Source: Haliotis rufescens (lineage: Eukaryota). From it: DNA of 64,000 nt. The notes beneath the pieces were generated by a model. That model searched no databases, had not been told where the DNA came from, and saw only the letters and a list, made by a program, of their open reading frames with translations. This document shows, piece by piece, positions 1 through 12,943 of the stretch (its first letter is position 1; each line of letters starts with the position of its first letter). Position numbers and translations under genes: made by a program. The stretch lies in NCBI RefSeq assembly GCF_023055435.1, contig NW_025963779.1:86242001-86306000 (forward strand), written 5' to 3'.

Positions 1-351
1 TTAACGTGGAAAGTTCCATTAGCAACACAGGCTAGTTGTCATAAACATTTTCTTGCCCTGATGAACTGGACTGCTTCTTATCCTATGTAGTTTTTGTTTC
101 TTGGAGTCTTGTTAAGTGTTTTGTTTATTTATGCTCAAATCACTGCGTTGTAAATCAAGTAACGCCTGAATCCCACAAGGGATGGGGTTGGGAGGAAAGT
201 GTTCTATGAGATTGCAGTGCAGGTAAATGGGATTAGTGGCCTTCATTTCAGTGATGTTTTGTAAAATGTTACAAGCCACGGCCTAGGGGGCTAACATACA
301 TTTCTGCTTCTGCAGTATATAGTTCTTCTGTATTCTCTACCAGGTGCCTAG

Positions 352-893
352 CATCTTCCCGAGGCAAGAGAGTTAACTGACTTTAAAAGTCCAGTTTCCA
401 CCCTTGCCGAACTAGGCTGGTATTATTGAGTTACATTTTGGCTGGACTAATGAGTCTATGCATAGTCCAATCTAATTCGCGCACCGAAATCGAAGTCCGG
501 TTCGTAAACTGTCGTGCAGATTTCGGTCGATTGCAGGATTTGCAAAACATGTGCACCGCCAACTCGTCAGTAGATATTTTCCAAATCTTTTCATGTTTTT
601 AATCAAGGTGCTCACGTGATTTGATGCATTTCGCAATGTTAAAACCTGTTTTATCACAATATAGATCTTGATTATCGATCAGATTGTCCTGACTGGGCGC
701 CACCATATTGTGTGAAGCAAACGCAAGTGATATGAGAGGTGGAATCTGACTGGTCCACAGGAGAAGCTTAGAAGGGACATAACTGGTAATAGGCACTGGT
801 GGCGCTACGATCGAGCCCAGTATTTCCAGCCTAGTTTGGCAAGGGTGGAAACTGGACTTTTAAAGTCAATTAACTCCCTTGCCTCGGGAAGAT
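352..893. mobile_element. Non-autonomous TIR element (MITE), unclassified family E
   Basis: TIRs of about 68 bp: atcttcccgaggcaag...ctaggctgg (353-420) and its reverse complement (826-893); homologous copies at 62701-63254 and 10125-10400. Confidence 0.85.
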
Positions 894-1773
894 AGGCGCC
901 GAGATGGAAGCTGTGCCACTGTTCATGTGTCACGGGTGATTCTGTAGGTCCCATGTGACATCGTGGTCCAGGAAACCAACAGTTGTTCAACATGGAGGCT
1001 CGTCGGGAATAAGATGGCTGGGAACTGTAGTAGTGTATGGCATAGTTGCTTGTCACATGTGTTCTAGTCAAGGATTAACGTCACTGTAAAATCTATAAAA
1101 TCCTGACATTTTTAAACTTTTCAAAACTAAATAATGTCTGACAATTTTGCAGATGGTCTGTCCTCAGATATTGTTGGACAAGTTATGATGTGAGATTCTA
1201 ACACATTCTGAGAGCACAGTTGTGTCCCTTAGATGCCAGGATGTGCTGCTGAAGATAATTGGTTTGTCAGTACTGCACATGATCAGTGCTTCAGCAATGG
1301 GTAAATGACTGCATTAAGCTGTATGTTAATCACCTGTATTGAATTCCACATCACTCACTCATTCAAACACATTCCTGACCGTTAACATACAAAGCTAAAG
1401 GTTTCCTACAAACATGTAAAGGTCATCATGCTTTGTGCTGGAATTCCCATCATGCCCGCCTCACTGTTTGAGGACCTCGGAAGTTCAGGAAGGCAATTTG
1501 TAAAGCATGGCCTTGAGCGTCGTAACTGCTCTACATGATCAGTCAAAATTAAAAGAAAAGAAAAAAGGACTTAATAGGGATGCAAATTGGCACCAGCCCG
1601 ACTGCTTTCATGTATGGTTGAAGGTATCGATGGCGAGTAGAGATGCACCTCTTGTTGGGTGTAGTTACATGTTGTCACTGTTTACGCTGGTGTATGTTTC
1701 AGTTCAGTTGCATCCCAGCGTTACCCAGTAATTTACAAATTTACTCCAAGTTAACAGTATTATCACAGCAGTC

Positions 1774-2209
1774 CAGAGCTCCAGAAAACTTTTTGAGCAA
1801 TTGAGTTTAACTCACGGGTTTCTATTTTAATTGAGTTATTACATTTTTCATTGGGTAACCAATATTTTTTCACTCATCTATTCATCACTCTATTTGGTGT
1901 TTCCCCCAAAGAGTGAAGATTTTAAGATTTAAAAAAAATGAAATCATGTTTTAGATGTATGTAACCATGATAACTGTTCTTAATATATAGGCTTCACTCG
2001 GAAAGTGAATTAGCTTGTAATTGTGTTTTGGAAATTAGCTCCTTTGTACGCATGCTGAAAAAGCTTCATTGGGTATTTACGTGTGCTGTTTTTATATGTT
2101 TGAGTTTTTCATTTAATGCATGAGTTTGAGTTTTGGTACGCAAGTAATTAGTTTTGAATATTGAGGGGGGGAGCATTTTACACAAATACGCTGCTTATCT
2201 GTAGCTCTG
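1774..2209. mobile_element. MITE with CAGAGCT termini (hAT/P-like)
   Basis: TIR cagagctccaga...tctgtagctctg; flanks gcagtc / ggagtc. Confidence 0.6.
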
Positions 2210-2310
2210 GGAGTCAGAAGCAGATTAAAACTGAACAAAGGGAGGTAATTGTATTTGTCAATTGTTATTTTGAGGGCTGAGTGTGTCAGTGGGAATTGAG
2301 AATTATTTTT

Positions 2311-3284
2311 TTATCCCCCGCCGCGCGAAAGCGCGAAGCGGGGGATATAGTATTCACGACCGTCCGTCCGTCCGTCCGTCCGTCCGTACGTCCCACCTGT
2401 TTGTTGCCGCGATATCTCAAGAACTAAACACTGGATTGTCTTCATATTTGGAACTATGGTGTATATACAGACTCCGCAGACACCAGTCGGTTTTGGTGAC
2501 CTTGACCCCATTTTCAAGGTCACAGCAGGCATATCTGCTTTTGGAGTTGGAAAACGGTGTTGCCGCGATATCTCAAGAACTAAACACTGGATTGTCTTCA
2601 TATTTGGAACTATGGTGTATATACAGACTCCGCAGACACCAGTCGGTTTTGGTGACCTTGATCCCATTTTCAAGGTCACAGCAGACAAATCTGCTTTTAG
2701 AGTTGGAAAACGGTGTTGCCGCGATATCTCAAGAACTAAACACTGGATTGTCTTCATATTTGGAACTATGGTGTATATACAGACTCCGCAGACACCAGTC
2801 GGTTTTGGTGACCTTGATCCCATTTTCAAGGTCACAGCAGGCAAATCTGCTTTTGGAGTTGGAAAACGGTGTTGCCGCGATATCTCAAGAACTAAACACT
2901 GGATTGTCTTCATATTTGGAACTATGGTGTATATACAGACACCGCAGACACCAGTCGGTTTTGGTGACCTTGATCCCATTGTCAAGGTCACAGCAGGCAA
3001 ATCTGCTTTTGGAGTTAGAAAACGGTGTTGCCGCGATATCTCAAGAACTAATCGCTGGATTGTCTTCATATTTGGAACTATAGTGTATATACAGACACCG
3101 CATACACCTGTCAGATTTGGTGACCTTGACCCCATTTTCAAGGTCACAGCAGGCAAATCTGTTTTTGGAGTTGGAAAACGGTGTTGCCACAATATCTCAA
3201 GAACTAATTGCTGGATTGTCTTCATATTTGGTACTATGGTGTACAGGCGGGGGATATTTCGTCACTCTGTGACAAATACTTGTT
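2311..3284 (+). mobile_element. Helentron-associated element (HINE/DINE-1-like) with an internal satellite array
   Basis: Inserted in a T-run; 5' subTIR atcccccgcc with nearby inverted copy gcgggggat; (CCGT)n microsatellite; central tandem repeats; 3' subTIR ggcgggggat; terminal hairpin gtcac-tct-gtgac. Confidence 0.8.
2402..3244. repeat. 156-bp tandem repeat, about 5.4 copies
   Basis: Units start at 2402, 2558, 2714, 2870, 3026 and 3182; 52-aa periodicity in the ORF track. Confidence 0.97.
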
Positions 3285-4452
3285 GTATTTGTATCGCAGT
3301 TGATAGCAACAGATTGAATCCGATTTGCAGTTATACAGAACCAGTGGCGTGGTGAGGAACTGCCACAATCTCACCTCATTACCTGCCTCTTGAACCAGCA
3401 ACAGGAACCTCTGAGTCGGCTGTCACATGTGACGTGTATTTTCAGTTTGAACATTTTAGGTCATGTTTAGGGAAATTGTTAAAGAATCTTTGGATGAAAG
3501 TTTTTCATCATTTCTCATATTTATCTCATATTTATCTCACATGACTTTCAACAATATGGGTTGGCCAATCATAATTGCATTAACAATTGATGAAGCCAAT
3601 GAAACGGGCTGTTCCAAAAGACCCGTACATACAGCAATTGTGATACAAACCATAGAAGTTTTACTGCCATCGAGACAGCATAAATTATGCATTTATGCAT
3701 GCAGACAATGTATGCACTTTGTACTGATATTCAGTGGCAAGTGAGGCATGCTTGGCAATATTTCCGAATAGGTATATTATATTCATCTTTTGTTGCTATG
3801 GTCATTCACCCAACTGCACGCAAGGGTTAGATATTTCTCATCATTATTGGCATTCATGCATCAAAGTTGATTCAATGCTCGAGAATGGACACAGAATTAG
3901 GCCTGCTACTTTGTAGAGCCCCAAATCTTGCTGACAATGTTATATTTGCTTGATCTACCTTAAGTCCTGCTGGCATTGATTTACCAGGGTACAGGTCAAT
4001 CTTGGAGTGCTGCCATCAAAGAGGCTTGGTCTCTAACCTGTAATGGAGTCCACATTTAATGACATGTATATTATTTTGTCCCAGGAAGGTATTGATTGTT
4101 GACTCCAGCCCGGGCACCTTCACACATGGTCAGTCTCTGGGTGCTCGTGTCAGATGTCACCTTCCGGGGCCAGCTAGAACATGGCAGGATACAGAAATTG
4201 TTTTTGTCAATTCATGGAATTCATGGAATGAATTGAATCAGTTTGGTCAAACACAACCCAAAAAGTTACTTGACCTGAGAAAAGTAATCTTGTTTTGTGT
4301 CTTGCACTAATTGTAAAGGGCATGGCAAATGTGTTCTGGAATAAGCAAAATGTGGGGGGGGAAATTAATAACTGACTCTCATTTTTGGAAAAAGTGACAT
4401 TGTGTCTCTCTGTGAACTAATTCCCTACATAGGTACACCGTGTGAAGCCCAT

Positions 4453-4580
4453 NNNNNNNNNNNNNNNNNNNNNNNNNNNNNNNNNNNNNNNNNNNNNNNN
4501 NNNNNNNNNNNNNNNNNNNNNNNNNNNNNNNNNNNNNNNNNNNNNNNNNNNNNNNNNNNNNNNNNNNNNNNNNNNNNNNN
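4453..4580. other. Assembly gap (128 N)
   Basis: Run of N directly after a family B SINE fragment (gtgtgaagcccat). Confidence 1.
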
Positions 4581-4751
4581 TGTCATGGGTCTTTGTCCTT
4601 TTGACTCACTTTTGAATGCTGCAACTTTGCACTGATCATCCCTACAATAATCACTGAATTGCACATAGTTTGTCCAGACGTGATTTGAAGCATGGCGGCC
4701 TCATTTTGATTCCTCCTGCTAGTTCTGCCCAACTGACCTTTTGATGTTTTG

Positions 4752-4865
4752 ATTTGTTTGCTTGTTTATCGCCGCACTCAGCAATATCCCAGCTATATGA
4801 CGGCAGTCTGTAAATAATCAAGTCTGGACCAGACAATCCAGTGATCGATATCATGAGCATCGATG
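4752..4865 (-). mobile_element. SINE family A, 3' fragment
   Basis: Reverse complement of ...ctggtccagac...tatagctgggatattgctgagtgcggcg tail. Confidence 0.85.
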
Positions 4866-5657
4866 GGGATTTGGGATCAATGACCTTTTGATGTGCAGTA
4901 AGATTAGCAGAGAAAGGATATTTTATGAAACATTCTATTTCAATTAATAATACTCTTGATCACTATGACCTTTGTCCTTTACATAAATAAATCAGAGCTT
5001 TGTCTATTAGCCTGGCAATGGTGTTATCATGAACTGTTTACAGAATTTTGGTCATATTTCACACATGGCCACCGTGGTGAACATAATTGGAAAAATACTT
5101 TTTGGCCATTACTCAGCCTTCTGTGAATGATGTGGCATATAATTTAGTATACATTTAATTGAGGGTAATAGTGTCCAACTGACCGTGATCTATAACCTTT
5201 GATGTTCTTGCAATTATTCAGCCTACTGTCAAACCTTTTGTACTGTGTAGCTATAACACTACCCACTTACTCTCAGCCATGGTGTCAAATGTGATCACAT
5301 AATTATGCTCTCACTTTTTAAAAAAGGGGCTGCAATTTGATCAATCTTGAAACTTAAATTTCTTTTCCTTTCTCAAAATATTAATACCACTTCTGTCATG
5401 TACAATGAATTTTTGATTATTGAAAGATGGATGTGATAAGCATCTATTTCTAATAACATGAAGTTTGATTTATCGCTATGGAGCCCAGTGCCAATTTTAG
5501 GCCCACTGACTGTCTGTGTGTACTATTTCAATACATAGAACAAAAGAATCTTTCATCTTGGCTAGATATGTTCTAGTGGGTGACAGATATAGTTTTCAGT
5601 TAGAAACATATTCCTGTTTGTTGCTACAATCATTACATCTGATTGTCGTATGGTGAT

Positions 5658-6352
5658 GGGCACTGGTATAGTGGTCTAGTGGTGGAGTGTCCAGACGGAG
5701 AGCAGAAGGGCCAGGGTTTGATCCCTGTCTGTGTCATACCAAAAGATGTTAAGAGATAGTACTTGTTGTTATCCTTTGGGGCGCTCAGCATTAAGGGACT
5801 AAAACAAGGACTGGTCGGCTCAGAGTCAGTATACTGTGTCTGAGTGGGGTATTCATGTTAAACTGCGGCATGGTGTCTCAGGGCTAGCACTGTAAAATCG
5901 GCATCAGTCCGAGTATTACAAGCAGCCACACACACACAAATGTGCATACACGTCGCTATATACCATATTCAAAGTAATAAGCGCCCAGGGCACTCTCAAA
6001 ATTAGAAATAGGGGGCTCTTATTTGAATATTATTTTGGTGGAAAAAACAGAGTTGAAATATAAATTTTGTGGTTTATGCTGACAGCCTGAAATGTTTATG
6101 TACGACAGATATATTTTTCCAGAATTTAATTGCCCATAATTAAGGGTGCATATAACACACGAGTGCGTATTATACGCCAATAAATAAGTTTTGTGTACAT
6201 TGATCAATCGGAAGGGGTGCTTATTGGGATTGTTCACTAGTCAATATGTTAGCAATTATCGCCGTGGGCGCTTATTAGAGCAGGGCGCTTATTACGTCGA
6301 ATACGGTAAGACCAATAATCTTGGATGCGACGTTAAACCACATTTCACCCCA
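5658..6352 (+). mobile_element. tRNA-headed SINE family D (MetaSINE-like), interrupted by a MITE
   Basis: A box tggtctagtgg, B box ggtttgatcc, core cagcattaaggg...gactggtcggctcagagtcag...gctagcactgtaaaa; tail gacgttaaac resumes after the MITE; second copy at 50366-50682. Confidence 0.8.
5963..6306. mobile_element. Tc2/pogo-like MITE (CCGTATT ends, TA target)
   Basis: TIR ccrtattc..gtaataagcgccc / gggcgcttattacgtcgaatacgg flanked by TA; other copies at 34449-34762 and 39525-39874. Confidence 0.88.
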
Positions 6353-6624
6353 CCTATCAACCTTGTTATCAAACTATGTTCAGGAGTTTGTTAGGCATTT
6401 GGAATTTGGAAGAACATGAATAAATATCTCTTTTCATGGATAACAACTTTTTTATTCTTTGTAACGATGTATCAGGGCTACTTCTTGCCACTGATTGATC
6501 GCCTAATGAAGGGCCAAGATGTAGCCCTGAAATGTCCTGAAAAAATAATGACATTGTTATCTGTAAAAAAGTGTCACGTATTCCAAATGATTTGTCTTGT
6601 GATGATTTGGTTTCATGAGCCCAG

Positions 6625-6806
6625 GGCCCCGTTCCTCAAAGCGATCTTAGCGCTACAATGATCGTAAGCCTATGTTAAAGTATGGGACTTACGATCACCT
6701 TAGCGCTAAGATCGCTTTGAGGAACAGGGCCCAGGGCCCAGGGCCCCGTACTTTAACATAGGCTTACGATCATCGTAGCGCTAAGATTGCTTTGAGTAAC
6801 TGGGCC
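6625..6806. mobile_element. Palindromic PIF/Harbinger-like mini-MITE plus an adjacent inverted partial copy
   Basis: ggccccgttcctcaaagcgatcttagcgct...agcgctaagatcgctttgaggaacagggcc flanked by CAG/CAG; a fragment also lies near 12080-12140. Confidence 0.75.
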
Positions 6807-7564
6807 CTGGTTTGTTTTATCATGTCTTGTGTGTAATTTATATAAAGCTGAAGTTAAAAGAAAAACGAGAAAATGAAGAAATGCTATATTATTTGCATGA
6901 TGTTATACTTGATACATCCCTTACTACTGTCCCAGATGTATCAATCACAATTTAAATTATCTCAACAAAGCCATCGGTAACACAGCAATATTTTAAGAAA
7001 CTGTTTTCCTTGCCACTGGGATTTGTAATATTGACTCAAAAAATCTTTTGAACAACAAATTCAGTGTATCTGGCGGAACTAGGAAGACAAAGTCAGTGTG
7101 GCTGTCAATATCAGTGTTATGTATCAGTAGACACAAGCTTTGTTTTCAAATGGATGCAATCATTTCCTGACAAATCTCTATATTCCATCTGTCAAACTGA
7201 TAACAACAGCACGCGTCTGCTGAAGATAGATACATAAAAATCCAGGAATCATAAAAGAATATTTGCGTATAATATTTGAGGCATTAAGTGTATATTTATT
7301 GACTCTCCTTAAAGTGTTTTTGAAATGCTTTGTCATGCGCCTGTTACAGTGAGCATGTGTAGCACGCCAGAGGACTAGAGCACTTTGTGCATGTATTAGC
7401 CTCCATATGCGAGTCTTTATGTGTGGCTTATCAGATAAAATGGATTACAACATGGAAGCTGTGCCCCGAGCCAATTTCACGCGGGTAACTTTGACAGAAG
7501 TCACGTTCATGAGAGAACACAATTGAGTAGGTCAGGCCTCATTTCACACCAGTGGCCACATCTC

Positions 7565-7668
7565 TGACTTATTGAACTGAAACATTTCCATTGATTACTG
7601 ATCTTACTGAGCTGAAACATTTCCATTGATTACTGATCTTACTGAGCTGAAACATTGATTGCTGATCT
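7565..7668. repeat. Tandem repeat of about 35 bp, 3 copies
   Basis: ctgaaacatttccattgattactgatcttactgag repeated. Confidence 0.85.
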
Positions 7669-8650
7669 GTCAGTTTCTGTTTGACCTTGTTAACACTGAC
7701 TGTTGCGAAGATGAGCACAATGTGGACGTGGTTTGTTTACTGATGCCGTCTGCCATAAATACACAGCTATTTCCAGCTGTTTAGTGCCAACAGTTTCAAA
7801 CTGTGCAACCGATACTGTAAACCTTGATATTAACGCGATCGTGAATTTAATGCGAAAAATGTGAGTGGTCTTTGCTCGCATTATTAAACATCGCATTTAT
7901 ATCAACAATAAGACATTTTGGATAGCAGAAATACCAACTTAGACATACGCTGAAAACAAACAACTATGTATTCCACATCACTGTTTATTGAGCAGCACTT
8001 GTTTCAAGTATATAAACAATGTCATTCAAACACTAATTACATCCTGTGAATTGTCACTGCTGGGGTCAAGACAAGCATTCTACTCACTCATGTCATCACT
8101 GATCACACCTGCAAGTCCAGATAGACGCCACCCAACACAGTGTCTTTGCTCTTTGCGACTGCATCAAAGGCTGACACGAGCCAGCTTGCACATAATGTTT
8201 TAGCTGAAGTACTCTACTCAGCGCTAATAAGCGGTGCTATTTGGTGTGTGATTGGATTAATGTAAGGTTGGATTAAGGTGAGGATTCTCCAGTAAACCTG
8301 ACAGAGGACATTTTGTTTAGATATAAATCCACTGATGCTTGAGAGGAGGGGTGTCGCATTCATATTGAGTCCCATTTTTGGCTTGGGTCCAGCGGTCGCA
8401 TTCTTTTGGAGACGCATTAATTTCACGTTTTACAGTATTTAAGCCAGAATGGTCCGGTGCCACGATATAAAAACCTCTTTGCATAGAAGGATGGGGTAAC
8501 TTAGTGGTGCAAGGTTCAATCCCCATAATGGCTTTGCTGTTTTAAGCCTATTCTTGTGGGTCCTGATTAGATATTCTTTGAATCTGCTAAAAGGCCATGA
8601 AAACTCTCTCACTCTCTCATTTTACTATTAGTGTATTATCATAAAAGGCA

Positions 8651-8904
8651 TCCCCGTGAAGATCCAGGGTAAAATAGGTCTTTAGTAGCCCATGCTTGCC
8701 GTAAAAGGTGAATATGCTTGTTGTAAGAGGTGACTAACGGGATCGGGTGGTCAGGCCCACTGACTTGGTTGATGCATGTCATCGTGTCCCAATTGCGTGG
8801 ATCGATGCTCATGATGTCAATCACTGACTCGATTATTTACAGACGCCGTCATATAGCTGGAATATTGCTGAGTGCAGCATTAAACAACAAATAAATAAAC
8901 AAAA
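8651..8904 (+). mobile_element. SINE family A (non-tRNA structured head), full length
   Basis: cccgtgaagatcc...taacgggatcgggtggtcagg...gctggaatattgctgagtg...ttaaacaacaa. Confidence 0.9.
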
Positions 8905-8921
8905 GCTACAAGGCCATAAAA

Positions 8922-8995
8922 ACTCACTCACTCACTCACTCACTCACTCACTCACTCACTCACTCACTCACTCACTCACTCACTCACTCACTCAC
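8922..8995. repeat. (ACTC)n microsatellite
   Basis: About 18 perfect units. Confidence 0.98.
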
Positions 8996-10124
8996 TAGTG
9001 TATTGTCATAAAAGGCAGGTTAATGAGGATGACAATCAGATGTCCATCAGATGGTGAGCGAGAGATTCAGTTGTTGCCAGCCAGATATTTACCTGCTTCG
9101 GACCTGATTCTGATTGTTAGTGTCACATGGCAGGGATATCCCTGAATGTAAAGCAATCATTCACTCTCTCTGCAAATCAGATCTTGGTTGCCTGCCAAGA
9201 AATTTGGTATTGATAAATCCTAATCATTTGGGAGGAAAATCCTAGAATTGATATGCAAGTAGGAAATGTTTACCACTGTCGTGGATTTAGCCAGAATGGT
9301 AGCTAAATAATGTAGGGATTAAAATGGTGACTAATTAAGGTGAAAAATGTCCACTTGACTCAACATGTATCCTGGTTTACATAGGATGTGATGCAGGAAG
9401 CAGTTGTGATAAGAGGATCATAAGTGAAATGTTCTTACAGAATTACATACTTTCTGTTCTTTCAGCATCCTAGACTTTTGCTATGCTCCAATATAATCAG
9501 TGTACATGTGCAAGGCACTGTCAAACCTGTCTCAACACTGGTTAGTATTGACTCGGCGGTATAGGTTCATCAGCCTTAAAAATTCATGGTAGTCCACTAG
9601 CTCGAGACCACTAAGTTTTGCAGAGGGCAAGTAAAAAATCCAATGATGGTAGTCCTCATTGACCAGTAGCATTTGAGGGCTTTACTTCTGAACCAGTCCT
9701 CTATGTTTCAATTGTGCTTCAAATTGGAACTAAATAAAACTGACAGGAAATGTAAACATAGTAAACATTTTGTCTATGCAGGACTAGCTGCCAACTCAGA
9801 GGACTGGTGAAGTAAGGTTTACACTTGTCCTCTGGACCAGTCGTAGAATAACCAAATTTCTAATGTTTAATGTTGATCATGCATTCACTTGTCCAACAGA
9901 TGGCCTGGGTTTGATTCCCCTTCTGGGTTTACTGTGTGAAGTCCAATCCTTGTGGCAACTGCTTTTTGTTTTTTTGTTGTTTAATGCCGAACTCATTCAA
10001 TATGTCTTGGTGTCAACTGTGAAGATGTAGCTGAGAGTATGTCTTTTTTCAGAAATTTCTCAAACTTATCCAGGCATAGTGTGTGACAGCCATGCGATCA
10101 CTTGCCATAAGGCTAGACACAACT

Positions 10125-10400
10125 CGTCTTCCCGAGGCACGGGAAGTTAACTGATTGTAAAAGTCCACCCTTGCCGAAGACTGAAATTTCTGGGCTCGAT
10201 CGAGGCACCGTCAGTGGCTATTATGTCCCTGCTATGTTCCTCCTACTGACCAATCAGATTCTGTCTCTCATATGACTTGCACTGGCTTCAAACAAACTGG
10301 CAGTGCCCAGTCAAGACCATATGATTGATAATCAGAATCTTTATTGTGGTGAAATGGGTCTTACTTTGCGAAGTGCATCCAATCATGTGAGCACCTGTTA
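10125..10400 (-). mobile_element. MITE family E, partial
   Basis: Reverse-complement match to the right half of 352-893. Confidence 0.75.
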
Positions 10401-11788
10401 TTCTAGGCATTGTATTATGTGTCGAGATTAAGATTGTCATGGGTAAAAAAGGCTGCACTAGCAATCAGCTGTACAAACAGATCTGCAAGTGATTGGGTTG
10501 AAAAATATCCAATATTATAACTTATAAGAATTTTAATACAGTGACCGGAAGAAATTGTATCAGAAACTATAATTGTACTAGGAATAATATATTCCAATAT
10601 CTTGTTATTTTTTTGTTCTACATTTACTATATATATTTAAGATAATAATAACCACAAGCGTATTCCCCAATATTTTTGACGTATTGAACTGTTTGATAAA
10701 TCCCTTTTTGAGGCTTCCTGCTCGCTTGCTATTTTGCAAAAACAATATGTTGACATCTTATAGTCAAACAACAACTATTTTGATATTGTAAGAGTCAAAG
10801 TATGGCACGTATGATATATGTATCCTTTCTGTGACAACTAAGGCTCCCATCATGCATCAGTGGCGGTAATCTGATCGTTGGTGCTGTAAGTAACGGTGAG
10901 TTGGTTCTATCTGCCAATCAGTTCACACACGATTTCGCCAAAATGAATTTGAACAATATTGAATGTAACTTTGAATAAAATTAAATAAGTAGATTAGAAA
11001 CATGAGGCCAGATGTACAATGAACATGACAAACTTTCGTACTTCAGTACGGATTTGTTGACAGTGCAATGTCCGGTGTCATAGTAATGTCTTTGCACTGG
11101 GGAAAATTAATCAAAACTCGTTATCATGTATTATGCACACCCCTCTCTTCACAGCTGTAATTTTAGAAAGTGCCAGTTCTAAAACAATTTGTATGGCATA
11201 TTTAGCCTCTTTTTTTAGCCTCTTTTTTAGTCATTTACGATTATGTCTTGGTTACTTGGATATGCATGATTAGTTCTTGGAATCTAGGGAAACAGCTTAT
11301 TGAACTGTTTTGAAATGAACCAAGAAAGTCGAGGTTTTTTTTGTCACAACTCCAATATAAAAGTTAAAGATTAAGGTAACATACTATAGTAGCTAATCAG
11401 AATGACCCCAGACCCCACGTAATGTCTTACTGGTTGTGTAGACCTTCGCAGAAAATTTCAAACTTTATTTGACTCATGACTTCAGACCCACTTTCTTTGT
11501 GGAGAGTTTTCGTCTGCATTATGCATCAGTGGATGTATATTTAGCTACAACTAGTTGATTGGATGACAACAGTTAGTCTTCCCTCAGTGTTACGTCCAGG
11601 TCATTGTATGTATCACGCTTGCACAGTTGTCATTAATTAACAAATTGTCAGGTAATTAGTGTGCTTGGAAGGTGAATCTACTTTACGTTATATTATATTT
11701 ATGCAACAATAACGCTTTGTTGAATGGAACAGGGTTTTGATGTACTGCTCTTGTGTTAATTATGAACAGACATCAAGTGAGTTTAATG

Positions 11789-12038
11789 TGTGAGTGAGTG
11801 AGTTGCTTTTAACAGTATTCCAGTCATATGTGGGAGGAAAGCCCAAAGTGATGCAGGTCTCAGACGTTTACCACTTCGATGAACCCCACATGCACGGGTA
11901 TGGTGCTGACAAACCTAGAAACATAATCAGGGCGATCGGGATTCAAACCCACAATCATAGGTTTCTGGCGTGCCTTAGTGATGCAACTCTGCACAGCCAA
12001 TTGCGTTGCCTCGGACGACTGGGCCACCCGTGTCCCCT
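11789..12038 (-). mobile_element. tRNA-headed SINE family C
   Basis: Homologous to 21350-21629; 14-bp TSD aagtgagtttaatg. Confidence 0.9.
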
Positions 12039-12943
12039 AAGTGAGTTTAATGACAAGCCAAGGTGGCACAGATAGCCTGTCGTAAGTCTATGTTGAGATA
12101 TGAGACTTACGATCGATCACCTTAGCGCTAAAATTGCTTAGTACAACACCACCAAGATCTTCCAGAGCTGGTAGGAAGGGGACTAGGACTATCTATAGAT
12201 CGCACACAGCTAGTTTTATGTAGTACAATAAAATGTCACTGTCTTATAGACACACAGTGGAATGATATAAAACATTGATGAGTGGTAATTATAGCATCCG
12301 TTAATGAGGTGTAGATGTATATATATATATGGCGAGTTGAGAAGCTGGCTGGCCTTCATATAATATATTCATGTCATCAGAGATCCGTACAAGGCCGCCA
12401 TGACATTTACAGGAAACTATTCCTCATGGACGAACCACATATTTCACAGCACAATGGAAGGGCTTATCCAAATAAAATATGGTAATTTTAGATATAATCC
12501 GGAATGCAAGTTCATTATGTAGTTTTCCTGACTGCTTCCTCCTGGTTTTATGGTTGCCATGTAATTCAATCCATTTGCTTCACTTTCCTTGAAGTGTTTG
12601 TGTGTCACTATCACTCACACACATATTAAATGGCAGTGATCAGATGTAATCGCCAAATTGCTGTAGCAGGATAAAACTGTTTTAAACATGCGTAATTCAA
12701 ACCTTTGACCAAGGCATTTCTTGTTCCCAGTTATGTAAACTATTGGAAACAAAACATGGTGGCGGAACTTTTTTGAAGAAAGCAGAAAAGTTCACCTAAT
12801 TTTTGAAATGCCAGAGAACTACTGTTTAGTTTGTGTCTCTCGTGAGACATGTCGAAAAGGACACATTATTTAGTCACAGGCATTGTAGTATAGTCAGCTG
12901 TTTCAGTGGATTATTGTGGTTAGTGTTGTGAACTTAAAGCATA

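Noticed and set aside
2283-3355. Long ORFs of 266-304 aa on both strands
   Set aside because: They result from the 156-bp repeat (a multiple of 3) being stop-free in some frames; no recognisable protein family.
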